The translations under genes and the position numbers were made by a program. Below, piece after piece: positions 44,404-45,972 of a stretch of DNA of 45,972 nucleotides. This DNA is from a virus (lineage: Duplodnaviria; Heunggongvirae; Uroviricota; Caudoviricetes). How positions within the stretch are numbered: position 1 is the first letter of the stretch; each line of letters opens with the position of its first letter. Under the pieces are notes generated by a model that made no database searches, had not been told where the DNA came from, and saw only the letters and a program-made list of their open reading frames with translations. The stretch lies in IMG/VR virus record IMGVR_UViG_2541047783_000005. One strand, written 5' to 3'.

Positions 44404-44443
44404 GAAAAACCGCAGACACGCCTTATGCAAGAACGTGCTGCGG
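44404..44443 (-). terminator. Possible minus-strand intrinsic terminator in the prophage-host junction region
   Basis: Imperfect hairpin CCGCAGACACG...CGTGCTGCGG with an A-run on the plus strand (U-tract on minus). Confidence 0.3.
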
Positions 44444-44688
44444 TTGGCTGGTAAATTTTTCGATAGTGTGAGTATTGAATGATTTCCAGCCGTTCTTGAT
44501 TTTACGCATAAATCCATGAAAAAACTACTTATCTGTTGGGGAGTTTTTTTGGGGCATATATGGGACAGAAATAGGCCCCAGATAGACACTGAGATCGAAC
44601 TTAGGATGCTTTTTAAAAAATGCAACTATCTGAAAAAACCTAGAAAACGCCAAGGAAACCACAGGATGGGAAAAAACACCTGTGAATT

Positions 44689-45972
44689 ATGGATTTCCAG
44701 TTATATTCGCTCGGCGCAGCGTTAGTGTTTCATGAAATATTTTTTCCTGAATCATCAACGGCAATGGCGTTAATTCTGGCAATGGGAACCTACGGTGCAG
44801 GTTATGTGGCGCGTATTGTCGGAGCATTTATTTTCGGCAAAATGGGCGACAGAATCGGGCGTAAAAAAGTGCTCTTTATTACCATCACTATGATGGGGAT
44901 CTGTACTACCTTAATTGGTGTGCTGCCGACCTATGCACAAATTGGTGTGTTTGCGCCAATTTTGCTGGTGACGCTGCGTATTATTCAGGGGCTGGGGGCA
45001 GGCGCGGAAATTTCCGGTGCCGGCACGATGCTGGCGGAATATGCACCAAAAGGTAAGCGCGGAATTATCTCCTCATTTGTTGCTATGGGGACTAACTGCG
45101 GAACCTTGAGCGCAACGGCAATCTGGGCCTTTATGTTCTTCATTCTCAGTAAAGAGGAACTGCTTGCGTGGGGATGGCGTATACCGTTCCTGGCGAGCGT
45201 TGTCGTGATGGTCTTTGCTATCTGGTTGCGTATGAATCTGAAAGAAAGCCCGGTCTTTGAGAAGGTTAACGACAGCAACCAACCGACAGCAAAACCTGCA
45301 CCTGCTGGTAGCATGTTCCAGAGCAAATCCTTCTGGCTGGCAACAGGGCTGCGTTTTGGTCAGGCTGGTAACTCCGGTTTAATTCAGACTTTCCTTGCAG
45401 GCTATTTAGTGCAGACGTTATTGTTTAACAAAGCAATTCCAACAGATGCATTGATGATCAGTTCGATTCTCGGCTTTATGACCATTCCGTTCCTTGGTTG
45501 GTTATCCGATAAAATAGGTCGCCGGATCCCGTATATTATTATGAATACCTCTGCGATTGTGCTGGCGTGGCCAATGCTTTCTATCATCGTAGATAAAAGC
45601 TATGCCCCGAGCACCATTATGGTTGCACTGATTGTGATTCATAACTGTGCGGTGCTGGGATTATTTGCTCTGGAAAACATTACCATGGCAGAAATGTTCG
45701 GCTGTAAAAACCGCTTTACCCGGATGGCGATTTCTAAAGAAATTGGTGGTCTTATCGCTTCCGGTTTTGGTCCTATCCTGGCGGGTATTTTCTGCACCAT
45801 GACGGAATCCTGGTATCCGATCGCCATTATGATCATGGCATATTCAGTGATTGGTTTAATCTCTGCGCTGAAAATGCCAGAAGTGAGAGACCGTGATTTA
45901 AGTGCACTGGAAGATGCCGCGGAAGATCAACCGCGTGTTGTAACAGCTGCGCAACCTTCAAGAAGTCTGTAA
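44689..45972 (+). CDS. ydfJ: MFS (metabolite:H+ symporter family) transporter, apparently N-terminally truncated
   Basis: MFS signature GKMGDRIGRKK and further TM segments; the ORF begins at the conserved (W)YDF-like motif (MDFQLYSLGAALVF), so about 30 N-terminal residues of a normal family member are missing; runs to the window end. Confidence 0.7.
   Translation: MDFQLYSLGAALVFHEIFFPESSTAMALILAMGTYGAGYVARIVGAFIFGKMGDRIGRKKVLFITITMMGICTTLIGVLPTYAQIGVFAPILLVTLRIIQGLGAGAEISGAGTMLAEYAPKGKRGIISSFVAMGTNCGTLSATAIWAFMFFILSKEELLAWGWRIPFLASVVVMVFAIWLRMNLKESPVFEKVNDSNQPTAKPAPAGSMFQSKSFWLATGLRFGQAGNSGLIQTFLAGYLVQTLLFNKAIPTDALMISSILGFMTIPFLGWLSDKIGRRIPYIIMNTSAIVLAWPMLSIIVDKSYAPSTIMVALIVIHNCAVLGLFALENITMAEMFGCKNRFTRMAISKEIGGLIASGFGPILAGIFCTMTESWYPIAIMIMAYSVIGLISALKMPEVRDRDLSALEDAAEDQPRVVTAAQPSRSL

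Noticed and set aside
44347-44725. 92-aa minus and 69-aa plus ORFs in the AT-rich junction region
   Set aside because: AT-rich, low-complexity translations in the probable att/arm region; no RBS or motif support.

Overview
The window is almost entirely a near-complete lambdoid prophage that reads like an intact relative of the defective E. coli K-12 Qin prophage with a lambda-type tail. Gene names rest on my recollection of K-12 Qin and phage lambda proteins, not on any search. Left to right: integrase and excisionase (minus strand), a large DEDDh exonuclease, the ydfD-dicB-dicF-ydfBC-ydfA division-inhibition operon, a dicA/dicC repressor switch, a replication initiator with origin iterons inside its coding sequence, a cargo island carrying a 595-aa gene with a C-terminal HEPN-like Rx4HxY motif, hokD, rem, a frameshifted ydfU-like gene, a Q antiterminator with candidate pR'/tR', cspF/cspB, a lysis cassette (dual-start holin, SAR-type endolysin, Rz/Rz1), cspI, gnsB, ydfO, a lambda-like cos region, terminase, portal, a protease-capsid fusion, the full lambda-like tail set (Z, U, V, G/GT, H, M, L, K, I, J), lom, stf, tfa, a Pin invertase and ydfK. 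The last ~1.3 kb is an N-terminally truncated host MFS transporter gene, which suggests the prophage sits inside that gene. No rRNA, tRNA or CRISPR array was seen. The strongest candidate for an undescribed system is the single 595-aa HEPN-motif gene at 8836-10623. Coordinates for non-ATG starts and for start-codon choices are approximate.
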